A stretch of 64,000 bases of DNA, taken from positions 907 to 64,906 of the forward strand of contig CAYGEY010000002.1 in NCBI GenBank assembly GCA_964349065.1, given 5' to 3'. The notes under the pieces were generated by a model, which was not told the DNA's origin, did no database searches, and worked only from the letters and a program-made list of their open reading frames with translations. Position numbers and translations under genes: made by a program. This document shows, piece after piece, positions 26,438-35,885 of this stretch. Each line of letters opens with the position of its first letter. Positions within the stretch are counted from its first letter, which is position 1. Source of the stretch: an uncultured Candidatus Peribacteria bacterium. GTDB taxonomy: Bacteria > Patescibacteriota > Gracilibacteria > 1-14-2-50-48-13.

Positions 26438-29221
26438 CTATTTCCCCTCCTTCTCCAACTTTTTCCTTTCTTTTCTTGTGAGCCTGATTCCATTTTCACC
26501 AACAACTTCTCGTGCATGCACATTTGCGGACCCACCTGCGCGGATCACCTCCACTTGTTTCTGTTGAATATCCGCCATTTCGATGTCACTTCCATAAAGG
26601 GTACTTTCTACTTCATCCGCATTGGTTTTAATAACAGTGATGTGATCAGGATCAGCTATGGGAGCTATTTGGGCCTCCTGTGGCATAAACTGAGTTAAAT
26701 CGATCCTCATCAAACTCTCTACAATACTCTCGGTAATCGCCGTCAGAAGTTTCTCAAATTGCATGAATGCCTCGTTCTTGTATTCAACAAGCGGGTCACG
26801 CTGTCCATATCCTCGAAGTGACACTCCCTGTCGAATGTATTGCATCGTTTCTAAATGCTCCATCCAGAGTACGTCTATTGCCCTAAGATAAAGGCTGCGC
26901 TCAAGCTTTCGCATGATTTCCGCATTATTGACTAACGCCTCACGTCTTTCATATGCTTTCAATAAATAGTCCTGTGCTTTTTCGATGATTTCATCCTGCG
27001 TGAAACATTCATCTAAATCTTCTTCTGAAATCGAGTATGAATCATCATGATAAAGTGCTTTGAGTTTCTCTGCAATTTCTAATCGATTCCATTGTAGATG
27101 ATTGCTTGAAGAAGTATGAACGCCTACAATATGATGTGCTTCTTGTTTCATCAGCTCCACCATTTCACTTCGGATATGTGTATGCTTCAACACTCTCCGC
27201 CTGCGAGCATAAATAATCTCACGATGTTTATTCATCACGTCATCATATTTCACGACATTTTCACGGATATCATAATGATGATTTTCCACTTTCTTCTGTG
27301 CAGACTCAATCTGTTTGGTAATAATCCCATTCTCAATCGGCAAATCTTCAGGAACCTTAAGTGACGCCATGATTGACTTCATCCGATCTCCGCCGAAAAT
27401 GCGCATAAGGTCATCATCCATCGAAATGAAAAACTGTGACTCCCCGGGATCTCCCTGACGACCGGAACGCCCTCGAAGCTGGTTATCTATTCGGCGGGAT
27501 TCATGACGCTCTGTACCAAGGATGACCAAACCTCCAAGCTCTTTCACCTCATCAGAAATTTTAATATCCGTACCTCGACCGGCCATATTGGTTGCGATCG
27601 TGACTGCTCCTTTTTGACCTGCGTTTGCAACAATCTCCGCTTCTTTCTCGTGGAATTTTGCATTAAGGACATTGTGCGGAACACCTTCCTCAACCAAGAG
27701 TCTCGCCAGTTTTTCAGACTTTTCTATAGAGATGGTACCAACAAGCACCGGTTGCCCCTTCTCTTGTAATTCTTTCACTTGTTTTGCTATTGCCTTAAAT
27801 TTGCCATGTTCAGAGAGGAAGATACTATCAGATTTATCCTTTCTGGTAACTGTACGATTAGTAGGAATAGAAACAACCTCAAGATGATAAATCTTCCCGA
27901 ACTCTTCAGCCTCGGTGATCGCTGTTCCTGTCATTCCAGCAAGTTTCTTATAAAGTCGGAATAAGTTTTGAAATGTTACTGTGGCAAGCGTCATACTCTC
28001 TCTTTGCACATCCACTTTTTCCTTAGCTTCAATTGCCTGATGTAAACCCTGACTATACCGCCGACCATGGAGGATACGACCGGTAAATTCATCAACAATT
28101 TGTACCTGGTCATCCACCACAACATAATCAATGTCGCGTTTAAAACAGGCCATTGCTTTGAGGGACTGCTCAATATGATGCACTTCTTTAAACCCGGCCT
28201 GAGTATAAATATTTTCTACACCCATCATTGCCTCCATCTTCCCGATTCCTTCTTCCGTGAGAGTTGCGGTTTTTTGCTTCTCATCGATATTATAATGAGT
28301 CCCTTCTTCGAGATATTTTACAAGTTCGGAATATTTGTGATATTTGTCCGTAGACTCAGCTGCAGGTGCAGAAATAATGAGAGGAGTCCTTGCCTCGTCA
28401 ATCAAAATGGAATCCACCTCGTCTACAATTGCAAAATGCAAATCGCGTTTCTGTACGAGTTGATTTTGATCCACGGCCATGTTGTCCCTGAGGTAATCAA
28501 ACCCGAATTCATTATTGGTTCCGTAGGTGATGTCCGCATTGTATGCTTCGAGTTTTTCTTCAGGATTCATACCACTCATGATCACACCTGACGTGAGGCC
28601 AAGATAGTTATAGAGATGATTCATCCATTCTCGGTCACGTTGTACGAGATACTCATTGACAGTCACAAGATGAACACCTAGACCTGTGAGAGCGTTTAAT
28701 ATAAGTGGCATTGAGGCAACGAACGTTTTTCCTTCACCTGTTTTCATTTCAGAAATCCTTCCTTGATGGAGTACCGTTGCACCAATGAACTGCACATCAA
28801 AAGGGACTATTTCCCATGTGATAGTATGTCCTCGCACTTCAAATGTTGTTCCTTTCAACCTTCGGCACGCATCTCCAATCACGGCATACACCTCCGGGAG
28901 GATTTCCCAAAGTTTATCCTGGTACATTTTATGAAGTTTCTCCATTTCATTTTCGTGCTTAGTCTTGAGTTCTTTTTTATACTGCGGAGAGAGTATGGCT
29001 TCGTCTTGGAACATCTCGTTCTCCAGTTGATCTACCTTTTCCTTTTGTTTCTCTACATGTTTGGCTATGGCTTCTTTGAATACCGGGATTTTTGCTTTAA
29101 GGTCGGCGTCTGAAAGACCGGTCAAAGTTTTTTCATATGTTCGTATTTGATCTACAATACTTCGAAGTTTCTGAACCTCTTTTTCGTTTGGGTCACCAAA
29201 AAATTTTGAGAAGAATGCCAT
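26438..29221 (-). CDS. secA: preprotein translocase ATPase SecA
   Basis: 927 aa. MKTGEGKT Walker A, DEVDSILIDEARTPLIIS, TNMAGRGTDI. Confidence 0.95.
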   Translation of the reverse strand: MAFFSKFFGDPNEKEVQKLRSIVDQIRTYEKTLTGLSDADLKAKIPVFKEAIAKHVEKQKEKVDQLENEMFQDEAILSPQYKKELKTKHENEMEKLHKMYQDKLWEILPEVYAVIGDACRRLKGTTFEVRGHTITWEIVPFDVQFIGATVLHQGRISEMKTGEGKTFVASMPLILNALTGLGVHLVTVNEYLVQRDREWMNHLYNYLGLTSGVIMSGMNPEEKLEAYNADITYGTNNEFGFDYLRDNMAVDQNQLVQKRDLHFAIVDEVDSILIDEARTPLIISAPAAESTDKYHKYSELVKYLEEGTHYNIDEKQKTATLTEEGIGKMEAMMGVENIYTQAGFKEVHHIEQSLKAMACFKRDIDYVVVDDQVQIVDEFTGRILHGRRYSQGLHQAIEAKEKVDVQRESMTLATVTFQNLFRLYKKLAGMTGTAITEAEEFGKIYHLEVVSIPTNRTVTRKDKSDSIFLSEHGKFKAIAKQVKELQEKGQPVLVGTISIEKSEKLARLLVEEGVPHNVLNAKFHEKEAEIVANAGQKGAVTIATNMAGRGTDIKISDEVKELGGLVILGTERHESRRIDNQLRGRSGRQGDPGESQFFISMDDDLMRIFGGDRMKSIMASLKVPEDLPIENGIITKQIESAQKKVENHHYDIRENVVKYDDVMNKHREIIYARRRRVLKHTHIRSEMVELMKQEAHHIVGVHTSSSNHLQWNRLEIAEKLKALYHDDSYSISEEDLDECFTQDEIIEKAQDYLLKAYERREALVNNAEIMRKLERSLYLRAIDVLWMEHLETMQYIRQGVSLRGYGQRDPLVEYKNEAFMQFEKLLTAITESIVESLMRIDLTQFMPQEAQIAPIADPDHITVIKTNADEVESTLYGSDIEMADIQQKQVEVIRAGGSANVHAREVVGENGIRLTRKERKKLEKEGK

Positions 29222-29309
29222 ATTGAAATGCTATTAAATGCTATTTTTTTACACATTGGACTATAATAGTTTTTAATCTACTTGCAAACCAAAATCTTGC
29301 GGTTATAGT

Positions 29310-29909
29310 TTATCTATCACGATGGTGAGCTACGTTGGGGTTCCTGTCTCCAATCGGATGCTCACCGTTCTTATTTTTCCTGTTCTTTCCCCCACGAAAT
29401 CCGTAATTCATGATCTTGCGTAAATCACTAACATAAAAAAAGTAGTGGGCATATTTCCTGATCAGTGAAGAATATCCTCTCTTGTTGGGGATTCCAATTT
29501 TGAATAATTTATTATGCTTATCAAGATATTCATAGAGACAATAAAAATCCCCGTCACCGGAAATAATAACCGCTTTTTCGTAATTATTCAATTCAATCAT
29601 AGTTTGCAAAACAAGTTCTGCATCGCAGTTCCCCTTCACTATTCCATCACGTTCAAGAGTTGGTTTATAAATGAGTTCATAGCCATTTTCTGTGAGTGAT
29701 TTGTACATTGGTTCATTCCCCTCCACAAATCCTATGAAAAGAAATGCCTTTTCTACATTAAATTTTTCTTTGAGATACACCCGGAGTTTGCGAAAATCAA
29801 GCTTCCAACCGAGAGCATTAATCGCAAGATTAAGATTTTGACTATCTATGAATGCATAGTTATTATGTGGCTTTTTTGGCTTTATTTTTTGAAAGAATTT
29901 TTTGATCAT
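29310..29909 (-). CDS. NYN-domain (LabA/PIN-like) predicted RNase
   Basis: 199 aa. AFIDSQNLNLA ... VIISGDGDFYCLYEYL, then a basic C-terminal tail. Confidence 0.7.
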   Translation of the reverse strand: MIKKFFQKIKPKKPHNNYAFIDSQNLNLAINALGWKLDFRKLRVYLKEKFNVEKAFLFIGFVEGNEPMYKSLTENGYELIYKPTLERDGIVKGNCDAELVLQTMIELNNYEKAVIISGDGDFYCLYEYLDKHNKLFKIGIPNKRGYSSLIRKYAHYFFYVSDLRKIMNYGFRGGKNRKNKNGEHPIGDRNPNVAHHRDR

Positions 29910-29914
29910 AATTG

Positions 29915-30175
29915 TTAATAAATTATCGTCCCACGATTTGAACTACTTGAACTTGTCCCAGTCCCCTGACTCCCAAAATTAATTATAAACATCAATGCCA
30001 AAAGCAGAAAAAAAATCCCGGCCATCAGTTGAACAAAGTACATCCACTTGGAAAACGGACGTAGGGCAGACACGCCTTGCATCTGTTTTTTCAGAAGTAA
30101 GTTGATCACCGCAAATGTTACCGCTGCGATGATCCATACTATTATAAGAAGAATTTGTGTTATTGTCGGTGTCAT
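29915..30175 (-). CDS. small membrane protein (2 TM)
   Basis: 86 aa. The start overlaps the ileS stop by 4 nt (ATGA-type coupling). Confidence 0.45.
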   Translation of the reverse strand: MTPTITQILLIIVWIIAAVTFAVINLLLKKQMQGVSALRPFSKWMYFVQLMAGIFFLLLALMFIINFGSQGTGTSSSSSNRGTIIY

Positions 30176-33100
30176 GCGTTTTTGGATACAGTTTCAATCC
30201 CAACTATACACTCTCCGTCAAAGAGAGAAAGCGTTTTTGTGAGCTTCGGCATATCACCGCTATATGAGAGATCAAGGGCGAGAGTCTCCTTGCGAATATA
30301 ATCCCCCCATTCCTCAAGCATCTTGGTCAGCTCCTGTGCAATATTTCCGGAAATTAAAATGGTGATATTGTCTGTCACTGCAAGATCATTGTCTTTACGT
30401 AAATCCTGGATTTCACGCACCAGATCCCTTGCGGCACCTTCACGAATGAGTAATTCGTCAATTGTCGTATCAAGTGCAACAACAATCCCGGCCATACTCT
30501 GCGCAGAAACTCCTTCGTGACTTTCGTACCCGACTTCTACCTCGTGTGGTTCTAAAATCATTCCCATGATTTCAATGGATCCATCATCTTTGAGTATAAA
30601 ATTCCCAGCTCTTGCCTCTTTAATAACCTCCTGCACCTTGCCTCCGAGCCTCGGCCCAAGCACCTTAGCATCCGGCTTCGCCACCGGTTTTCCAAGTTGT
30701 TCCGGATCTTTTTCAAACCGGATTTCTTTCACATTAAGCTCCTCTAAAATTACCTCTTTGTATTTTTCCAGCTGTGTAATTTTCAAAGATTTCGGCAGAG
30801 CAATTTGTGCTAAGCGTAGTGGCATTCGCACCTTTATTTTTTCTTTTGAACGGATGGCAAGCCCAAGTTGCACAATAGCTCGAACTGCATTTACTTCTTT
30901 AATAAGATTTTCATCAAACCAATTATTTTTATTGGTATCAAAGTAGGAAAGATGCACAGACTCAGCATTTGGAACGAGATTCATGTACATTTCCTCAGTA
31001 ATGAAAGGAGTGATTGGAGCCAGGAGTTGGCAAAACCGGATTAATACCTCGTGAAGCGTTGAATACGCATTATTTTTATCAGTATCATTTTCACTCTTCC
31101 AAAATCTGCGACGAGAGCGACGGATATACCAGTTGGTCATCGCATCCATACTCGCAAGCAGGATATCTGTCACACCTTTGAGATCATATTTTTCCATTGC
31201 CTCGTGGTAGAGCCTCTCCGTGTTTTCCATTTCAGAGAGCATCCAGAGATCAAGATTGTGCGAAATATTAGTTAAATCTTTTGATTCAATATCCCAATTA
31301 TCAACATTGGCATACGTCATAAAAAACGTGTACGAATGCCAGAGCGGAAGGATCATTTTTCGGAGAGTTTCTTCGACGCCTTTTTTACTGAAACGTAAGT
31401 TTTCTCCATGGACGACAGGTGAGTTCATGAGGTAAAACCTGAGGCTATCTGCTCCAAGTTCAGTAAAAATCTCAGAAGGATCAGGATAGTTTTTGAGCCG
31501 TTTGGACATTTTTTTCCCATCCTCAGCTAATACTAGGCCGTTCACCACAACATTTTTAAATGCAGGATTATCTTGACCAAGTCCTGATGCACCGTCTGTT
31601 AATGCGGTTGCGAGCACCATCAATGTATAAAACCAGCCCCTTGTCTGATCAGCTCCTTCGGCAATGAAATCTGCCGGAAAATTTTTCCTGGTTTTTTCAA
31701 GATTTTCAAATGGATAATGATTTTGTGCATACGGCATAGAACCTGATTCAAACCAACAATCAAAAACCTCCGGAACACGGTACATCAATTCACCTTTTTC
31801 TGAAGTGAGCGTTATCCCATCCACAAAGTGTTTGTGAAGATCAAATTCTTTTCCGGAGAGACTATCAAGAAATAAGGTTTTTGCTGAGCCGGTTTCGAGC
31901 TCATTGATGGTCGACATTTTTTCAGGAGATTTATTCCGAAGTACGTATTCCACCACTTGGAGAACAGCGGCATGGGAAACTATGTATACCGTTTTTCCTG
32001 CATGGTTTTCTTTTATGTCTTTCAATAAAGAAGTCAGGCGTTTTGCAATATCTTCATAACTTTCACTTCCTGTTGTTCTTTTTCCGGAAAAATATTCTTT
32101 TGACCCGCTTAGCTTTTCGTATACATCTATTTTAGAAAGCACTTCTTCCGTGTCCAATTTCTTACCTTCCCAATCACCTCCGTTCATTTCTATAAGACCA
32201 CCATCTATTTTTATTTCAATAGTTCCACCAAAAAATTTCTCCACAGCTTGAGCGGTCTCACGTGCTCTGAGAATGGGAGAAGAATATATCACATCCGGGC
32301 GTTCCTCAACATATTTCATTAATGTATCAGAAACCTGTTTTTTGCCTTTTTCGGTGAGGTGATGTTTATCAATTTCTGATGACCAAATATTAGTAACGTT
32401 CTTTTCAGATTCGCCATGTCGTAATAAAACTATCTTCGTGAGACGACCTTTTGCTTCATGATATAGTTCATCAAGCCCTGCAATTACCTTCATTTCTAAT
32501 CCGTCTTTCGTGCGCCAGATCGGCAATGGAGTTCCCCAAAACCTGTTTCGGGAAATCGCCCAATCTCGGACATTTTCTAACCACTTCCCAAATCTGCCGT
32601 CCTTCATGTGATCCGGTACCCAATGCACTTTTGCATTATTTGCGATGAGTTTTTCTTTGAGCTCTGTCACTCGTACAAACCATGTTTCGATAGGTTTGTA
32701 GATTAAAGGGGTGTCTGTTCTCCAACAATGAGGGTAGCTGTGCATGATGGTTTCTTGCTTCACTAAAGATCCATCATTTTTTAGACGTTCGATAATCGGT
32801 TTATTCGCATCAAACACGAGCATATTTTCAAAGTCTTTCACCTCATGAGTAAATGTCCCGTCATCCTGGATGGGATCCATGATCTCGATCCCTTTTTCAT
32901 TGATAACACGGAAGTCATCTTCACCATATGGGGCTAAATGTACAATCCCTGTACCATCTCCTTCTGTGACGAAATCAGCTAGGACAGTCTGGAAGGCACC
33001 TTCCTCAGCTTTATGTGCAAAGTATGGAAAAATCGGAGTGTATTTCAAATTGGCAAGATCTGAACCATGAAAAGTTGTAAGGATTTGGTATTGAGCTTCA

Positions 33101-33930
33101 TCCTTGTAATATTTTGATAGCGAAGATTTTGCCAAAACATATTGTTCATTTTTTTCAACATCCTTGATGAGAACATATTCCATTTTTTCTCCCAAAGCGA
33201 GCAAAAGGTTGGATGGAAGGGTCCACGGGGTTGTTGTCCATGCCAAAATATAAATAGGTTCACTATTTTCAAATCGAAAATTGGGCAAAAGAAACTTGAC
33301 TGTCACTGCCGGATCTTGCCTGTCTTGATAATTTTGTTGTGCTTCAAAATTAGAAAGCGGGGATGAAATACGGTAGGAAAAAGGCACTACTTTTTTACCA
33401 AGATAGACGAGATCCTTTTTCCAAAGCTCAGCAAACACCCACCAGATTGACTCCATAAACCATGGCTCCATAGTCTTATAATCGTCGTCCATATCCACAA
33501 ATCGACCCAGACGCTCAATCATTACTTTCCATTCATCAGCATATTTTAATATAGTTTGACGACAGCTTTCATTAAATCGATCTACACCGTATTCTTCGAT
33601 CTCAAGCCGAGATCCAAGTCCAAGTTCCTTTTCTTTTTCAAACTCGATAGGAAGACCATGGCAATCCCATCCCCAACGCCGATCCACGCGGTACCCGCGC
33701 ATTGTCCAATACCTCGGCACCATGTCCTTCATGACCGAGGCGAGGATATGACCATAATGAGGAAGCCCGGTCGCGAAAGGGGGTCCGTCGTAAAAAGTAT
33801 ATTCTTTGTCTGTGGATCTTGACGTGATAGATCTCCTAAAAATCTGCTCTTTTTTCCAAAAATCGAGAATACGTTCTTCTAATTTTGGAAAAGATTCTTT
33901 GGGGTTCGGTTTTTTGAAGTGGTGAGTCAT
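30172..33930 (-). CDS. ileS: isoleucyl-tRNA synthetase, type 2 (eukaryote-like), with nested histidine-phosphatase domain
   Basis: PPFATGLPHYGHIL (HIGH) and KMSKRLKNYPDP (KMSKS); FDCWFESGSMPYAQ and DQTRGWFYTL track the recalled human IARS1. ATG at 33930 (MTHHFKK) chosen; the track start at 33975 is TTG inside the leader. Confidence 0.95.
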   Translation of the reverse strand: MTHHFKKPNPKESFPKLEERILDFWKKEQIFRRSITSRSTDKEYTFYDGPPFATGLPHYGHILASVMKDMVPRYWTMRGYRVDRRWGWDCHGLPIEFEKEKELGLGSRLEIEEYGVDRFNESCRQTILKYADEWKVMIERLGRFVDMDDDYKTMEPWFMESIWWVFAELWKKDLVYLGKKVVPFSYRISSPLSNFEAQQNYQDRQDPAVTVKFLLPNFRFENSEPIYILAWTTTPWTLPSNLLLALGEKMEYVLIKDVEKNEQYVLAKSSLSKYYKDEAQYQILTTFHGSDLANLKYTPIFPYFAHKAEEGAFQTVLADFVTEGDGTGIVHLAPYGEDDFRVINEKGIEIMDPIQDDGTFTHEVKDFENMLVFDANKPIIERLKNDGSLVKQETIMHSYPHCWRTDTPLIYKPIETWFVRVTELKEKLIANNAKVHWVPDHMKDGRFGKWLENVRDWAISRNRFWGTPLPIWRTKDGLEMKVIAGLDELYHEAKGRLTKIVLLRHGESEKNVTNIWSSEIDKHHLTEKGKKQVSDTLMKYVEERPDVIYSSPILRARETAQAVEKFFGGTIEIKIDGGLIEMNGGDWEGKKLDTEEVLSKIDVYEKLSGSKEYFSGKRTTGSESYEDIAKRLTSLLKDIKENHAGKTVYIVSHAAVLQVVEYVLRNKSPEKMSTINELETGSAKTLFLDSLSGKEFDLHKHFVDGITLTSEKGELMYRVPEVFDCWFESGSMPYAQNHYPFENLEKTRKNFPADFIAEGADQTRGWFYTLMVLATALTDGASGLGQDNPAFKNVVVNGLVLAEDGKKMSKRLKNYPDPSEIFTELGADSLRFYLMNSPVVHGENLRFSKKGVEETLRKMILPLWHSYTFFMTYANVDNWDIESKDLTNISHNLDLWMLSEMENTERLYHEAMEKYDLKGVTDILLASMDAMTNWYIRRSRRRFWKSENDTDKNNAYSTLHEVLIRFCQLLAPITPFITEEMYMNLVPNAESVHLSYFDTNKNNWFDENLIKEVNAVRAIVQLGLAIRSKEKIKVRMPLRLAQIALPKSLKITQLEKYKEVILEELNVKEIRFEKDPEQLGKPVAKPDAKVLGPRLGGKVQEVIKEARAGNFILKDDGSIEIMGMILEPHEVEVGYESHEGVSAQSMAGIVVALDTTIDELLIREGAARDLVREIQDLRKDNDLAVTDNITILISGNIAQELTKMLEEWGDYIRKETLALDLSYSGDMPKLTKTLSLFDGECIVGIETVSKNA
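31852..32445 (-). other. inserted histidine phosphatase (phosphoglycerate-mutase-like) domain within IleRS (track residues 511-708)
   Basis: KIVLLRHGESEKN (RHG catalytic His), SSPILRARETA, GGDWEG and YIVSHAAVL (second His). It lies between IleRS segments ..LDELYHEAKG and KEFDLHKHFVDG, which are adjacent in canonical type 2 IleRS. Confidence 0.8.
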
Positions 33931-34103
33931 GGTAAACAAAAAATGCAGAATAAAATATTTCTGCAATCGGCCCAAAAAATTTGGGAGGTACCACCGAGAG
34001 CTATACTTGATTTGGTTTGAGGAGTCTACTGGGATTTTGGCCCTTTCTTTCCTCTACGCTTCACTCATGTGAAATCCCGTTGATAGCGGGTTGGCGTATT
34101 TGA
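33931..34103 (-). promoter_or_regulatory. T-box riboswitch leader of ileS (Ile specifier AUC, ultrashort stem I type)
   Basis: Minus strand, in order. Promoter TTCAAT-17-TATAAT (34110..34138). Hairpin CCCG-CUAUCAA-CGGG with AUC+A in the loop (AUC at 34082..34084). Stem with GAA/AGUA internal loops. T-box core UCGG-UGGUACCU-CCCAAA-UUU-UUUGGG-CCGA (GGUGGUACC at 33987..33995). Hairpin UGCAGAA..UUCUGCA plus U6 (33938..33965). Confidence 0.7.
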
Positions 34104-34141
34104 TTCAAAATTATAGTAACAGGATTTTATTTATTGAAAAG

Positions 34142-34181
34142 AAAAAATAACTCCTGGGCAAAAAAAGAAAACCCAGGAGTT
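34142..34181 (-). terminator. rho-independent terminator after 34262..35038
   Basis: AACTCCTGGG / CCCAGGAGTT 10-bp stem. The minus strand is followed by ATTTTTTC. Confidence 0.75.
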
Positions 34182-34261
34182 TGGAGGTAGCATCTACATG
34201 ACAAGTGTTTTCTCTACCAAGTTTGTTGTTACTATAGTTAGGAATGTTTATTAGTCAACAC

Positions 34262-35038
34262 CTACTTCCACTCCGCACTTTTTACACCTCTTCCCTGAGG
34301 CAGAACCTCAATCACATACATCACATTGGCAAATTCTTCTCCAACCAATGGACACACCTTCATCACCACGCACGTCGTCAGATATCTCCTCTCATTGATC
34401 ACCTTTTTATCTTTGTCTAAAAATATCAAATCAAGTGGCATTATCATATCCTGCATATGAAAAGGATGCTTTCCCACCTCATCAAATGTAAAAAGCATAC
34501 CTGTTCCGTCTGCGAGGCTTTCTCGATATGACAATCCCTGTTTCCTTTTTTCCGGAGAATTTGCCACCTCCAACGCAAACTCTTTTTTCTCGCCATTTTC
34601 GAATGTGAGCAAGACTTTCTGCAAATCATACACAAATGGTGCCTTCATTTTCTGGCTTAAAGTTTTTTTGTATTCATCGAGTTTATCATAAAATCCAAGA
34701 CAATCTTTCATTAGTGTTGCATCCACATATTTACAAACGTTCTTATCCATGAACGCTCCATACAATAATTTTGTACATTCCTCACCCTTCACTTTATCAC
34801 CTCCTGTTTCACATAACTTGATGTTTTTTGCATTGTATGCGGAGTCAGCCAACTGCATCACATCCATGGTTCTTGTATTTCTAATGTTCTGGTATGCAAA
34901 AAACGCCGCAACAGAAAGCGCGATCAAAAGGAGGAAGAAACTAATTCGTTTTGTGGTGGAGTTCATAGATTTGAGAAAGGTTTGTACACATACTTTAGAA
35001 TAAAGAATCTTTGTGTGCAAGGTATGAACCTCTACCAT
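34262..35038 (-). CDS. DUF192 domain protein with N-terminal membrane anchor
   Basis: GLSYRESLADGTGMLFTF..HPFHMQDMIMPLDLIFLDKDKKVI is DUF192-like. The likely start is MNSTTKRISFF at 34966. Confidence 0.7.
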   Translation of the reverse strand: MVEVHTLHTKILYSKVCVQTFLKSMNSTTKRISFFLLLIALSVAAFFAYQNIRNTRTMDVMQLADSAYNAKNIKLCETGGDKVKGEECTKLLYGAFMDKNVCKYVDATLMKDCLGFYDKLDEYKKTLSQKMKAPFVYDLQKVLLTFENGEKKEFALEVANSPEKRKQGLSYRESLADGTGMLFTFDEVGKHPFHMQDMIMPLDLIFLDKDKKVINERRYLTTCVVMKVCPLVGEEFANVMYVIEVLPQGRGVKSAEWK

Positions 35039-35151
35039 AAAGTATTCCTGTTATTTGAGTCCTGTTGTTAAAATGTAGCAACAATCAAACACCTTTTCGC
35101 TTTCCTTTTAAAAAATGTCGCTCAATACTGAAACGATATTTTTAAAGATAT

Positions 35152-35766
35152 ATGAAAAAATACAAGACAATGGTTTATGTAGATGGATTTAATTTGTATT
35201 ATGGTGTGCTCAAAGGTACACCTTACAAGTGGCTTAATATTGATGCTCTTGTAAAAAATTTACTGACAAATAATGAGATTATTGGGATTAAGTATTTTAC
35301 TGCGCCTGTGACCGATAGAAGAAGACTCAAGAACCAAAAAATATATATTTGTGCATTACAAACAATGATTCCATATTTTGAATGTATATTTGGTTATTTT
35401 CAAGAAAAGCGTTCTGACATGCGACATCTAAATCCACCCCCGAACAAAGTTCAAGTACTTGTTTCAGAAGAAAAAGGGACAGATGTTAATATTGCAGTTG
35501 AAATTGTAAACGATATTCATACTAAAGATTTTGACAGTGTTCTATTAATTTCAAATGATGGAGATTTAGAAAGATCTTTAAACATTGCAAAACAAAAAGG
35601 GAAAAAGATTATTCTAATTTCACCATTAATGAATAAAAAAGCTCGTCCAGCACATAAATTAGTAAAAATTGCTGACCATGTCTATTTCCTAAAAATACCA
35701 AATATATTAAAAAAATCATTATTACCAAAATCAGTAGGAATTTATACCTGTCCATCGCATTGGTAA
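35152..35766 (+). CDS. NYN-domain predicted RNase (second copy)
   Basis: 204 aa. MVYVDGFNLYYG, EKGTDVNIAVE, LISNDGDLE. Confidence 0.7.
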   Translation: MKKYKTMVYVDGFNLYYGVLKGTPYKWLNIDALVKNLLTNNEIIGIKYFTAPVTDRRRLKNQKIYICALQTMIPYFECIFGYFQEKRSDMRHLNPPPNKVQVLVSEEKGTDVNIAVEIVNDIHTKDFDSVLLISNDGDLERSLNIAKQKGKKIILISPLMNKKARPAHKLVKIADHVYFLKIPNILKKSLLPKSVGIYTCPSHW

Positions 35767-35791
35767 TACTGAAAGGCCATCCTCACGGTAT

Positions 35792-35824
35792 GGCCCGTCT
35801 CAAGCTATACACTTGAGACGGGCC
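35792..35824. terminator. 13-bp GC-rich hairpin between convergent genes
   Basis: GGCCCGTCTCAAG-ctataca-CTTGAGACGGGCC. There is no clear T tract on either strand. Confidence 0.5.
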
Positions 35825-35885
35825 ATGTAAATAGCTTGAGATCAACATAAATATTTTAATGCTGAAAATATTGAAGTCAAGAACT

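Noticed and set aside
28067-28591. 174-aa plus-strand ORF (and other 60-120 aa ORFs inside secA, ileS, pnp)
   Set aside because: These are shadow ORFs on the strand opposite strongly supported housekeeping genes.
29226-29245. Perfect tandem 10-mer (AAATGCTATT x2) in the secA 5' UTR
   Set aside because: It is only two short AT-rich units, easily arising by chance or slippage in AT-rich DNA. No further copies were seen.
31852-32445. Intein as explanation for the IleRS insertion
   Set aside because: There is no Cys/Ser/Thr nucleophile at the N-terminal junction (the insert begins RLTKIV), no His-Asn plus Cys/Ser/Thr at the C-terminal junction, and no homing endonuclease motifs. Instead the insert has a full RHG...H phosphatase signature.
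34225-34258. TTGACT-16-TATAGT promoter-like site that could drive a ~100-nt sRNA ending at the 34142..34181 terminator
   Set aside because: It lies within 10-35 nt of the stop of 34262..35038, so the simplest reading is the 3' UTR plus terminator of that gene. There is no independent support for a separate transcript.
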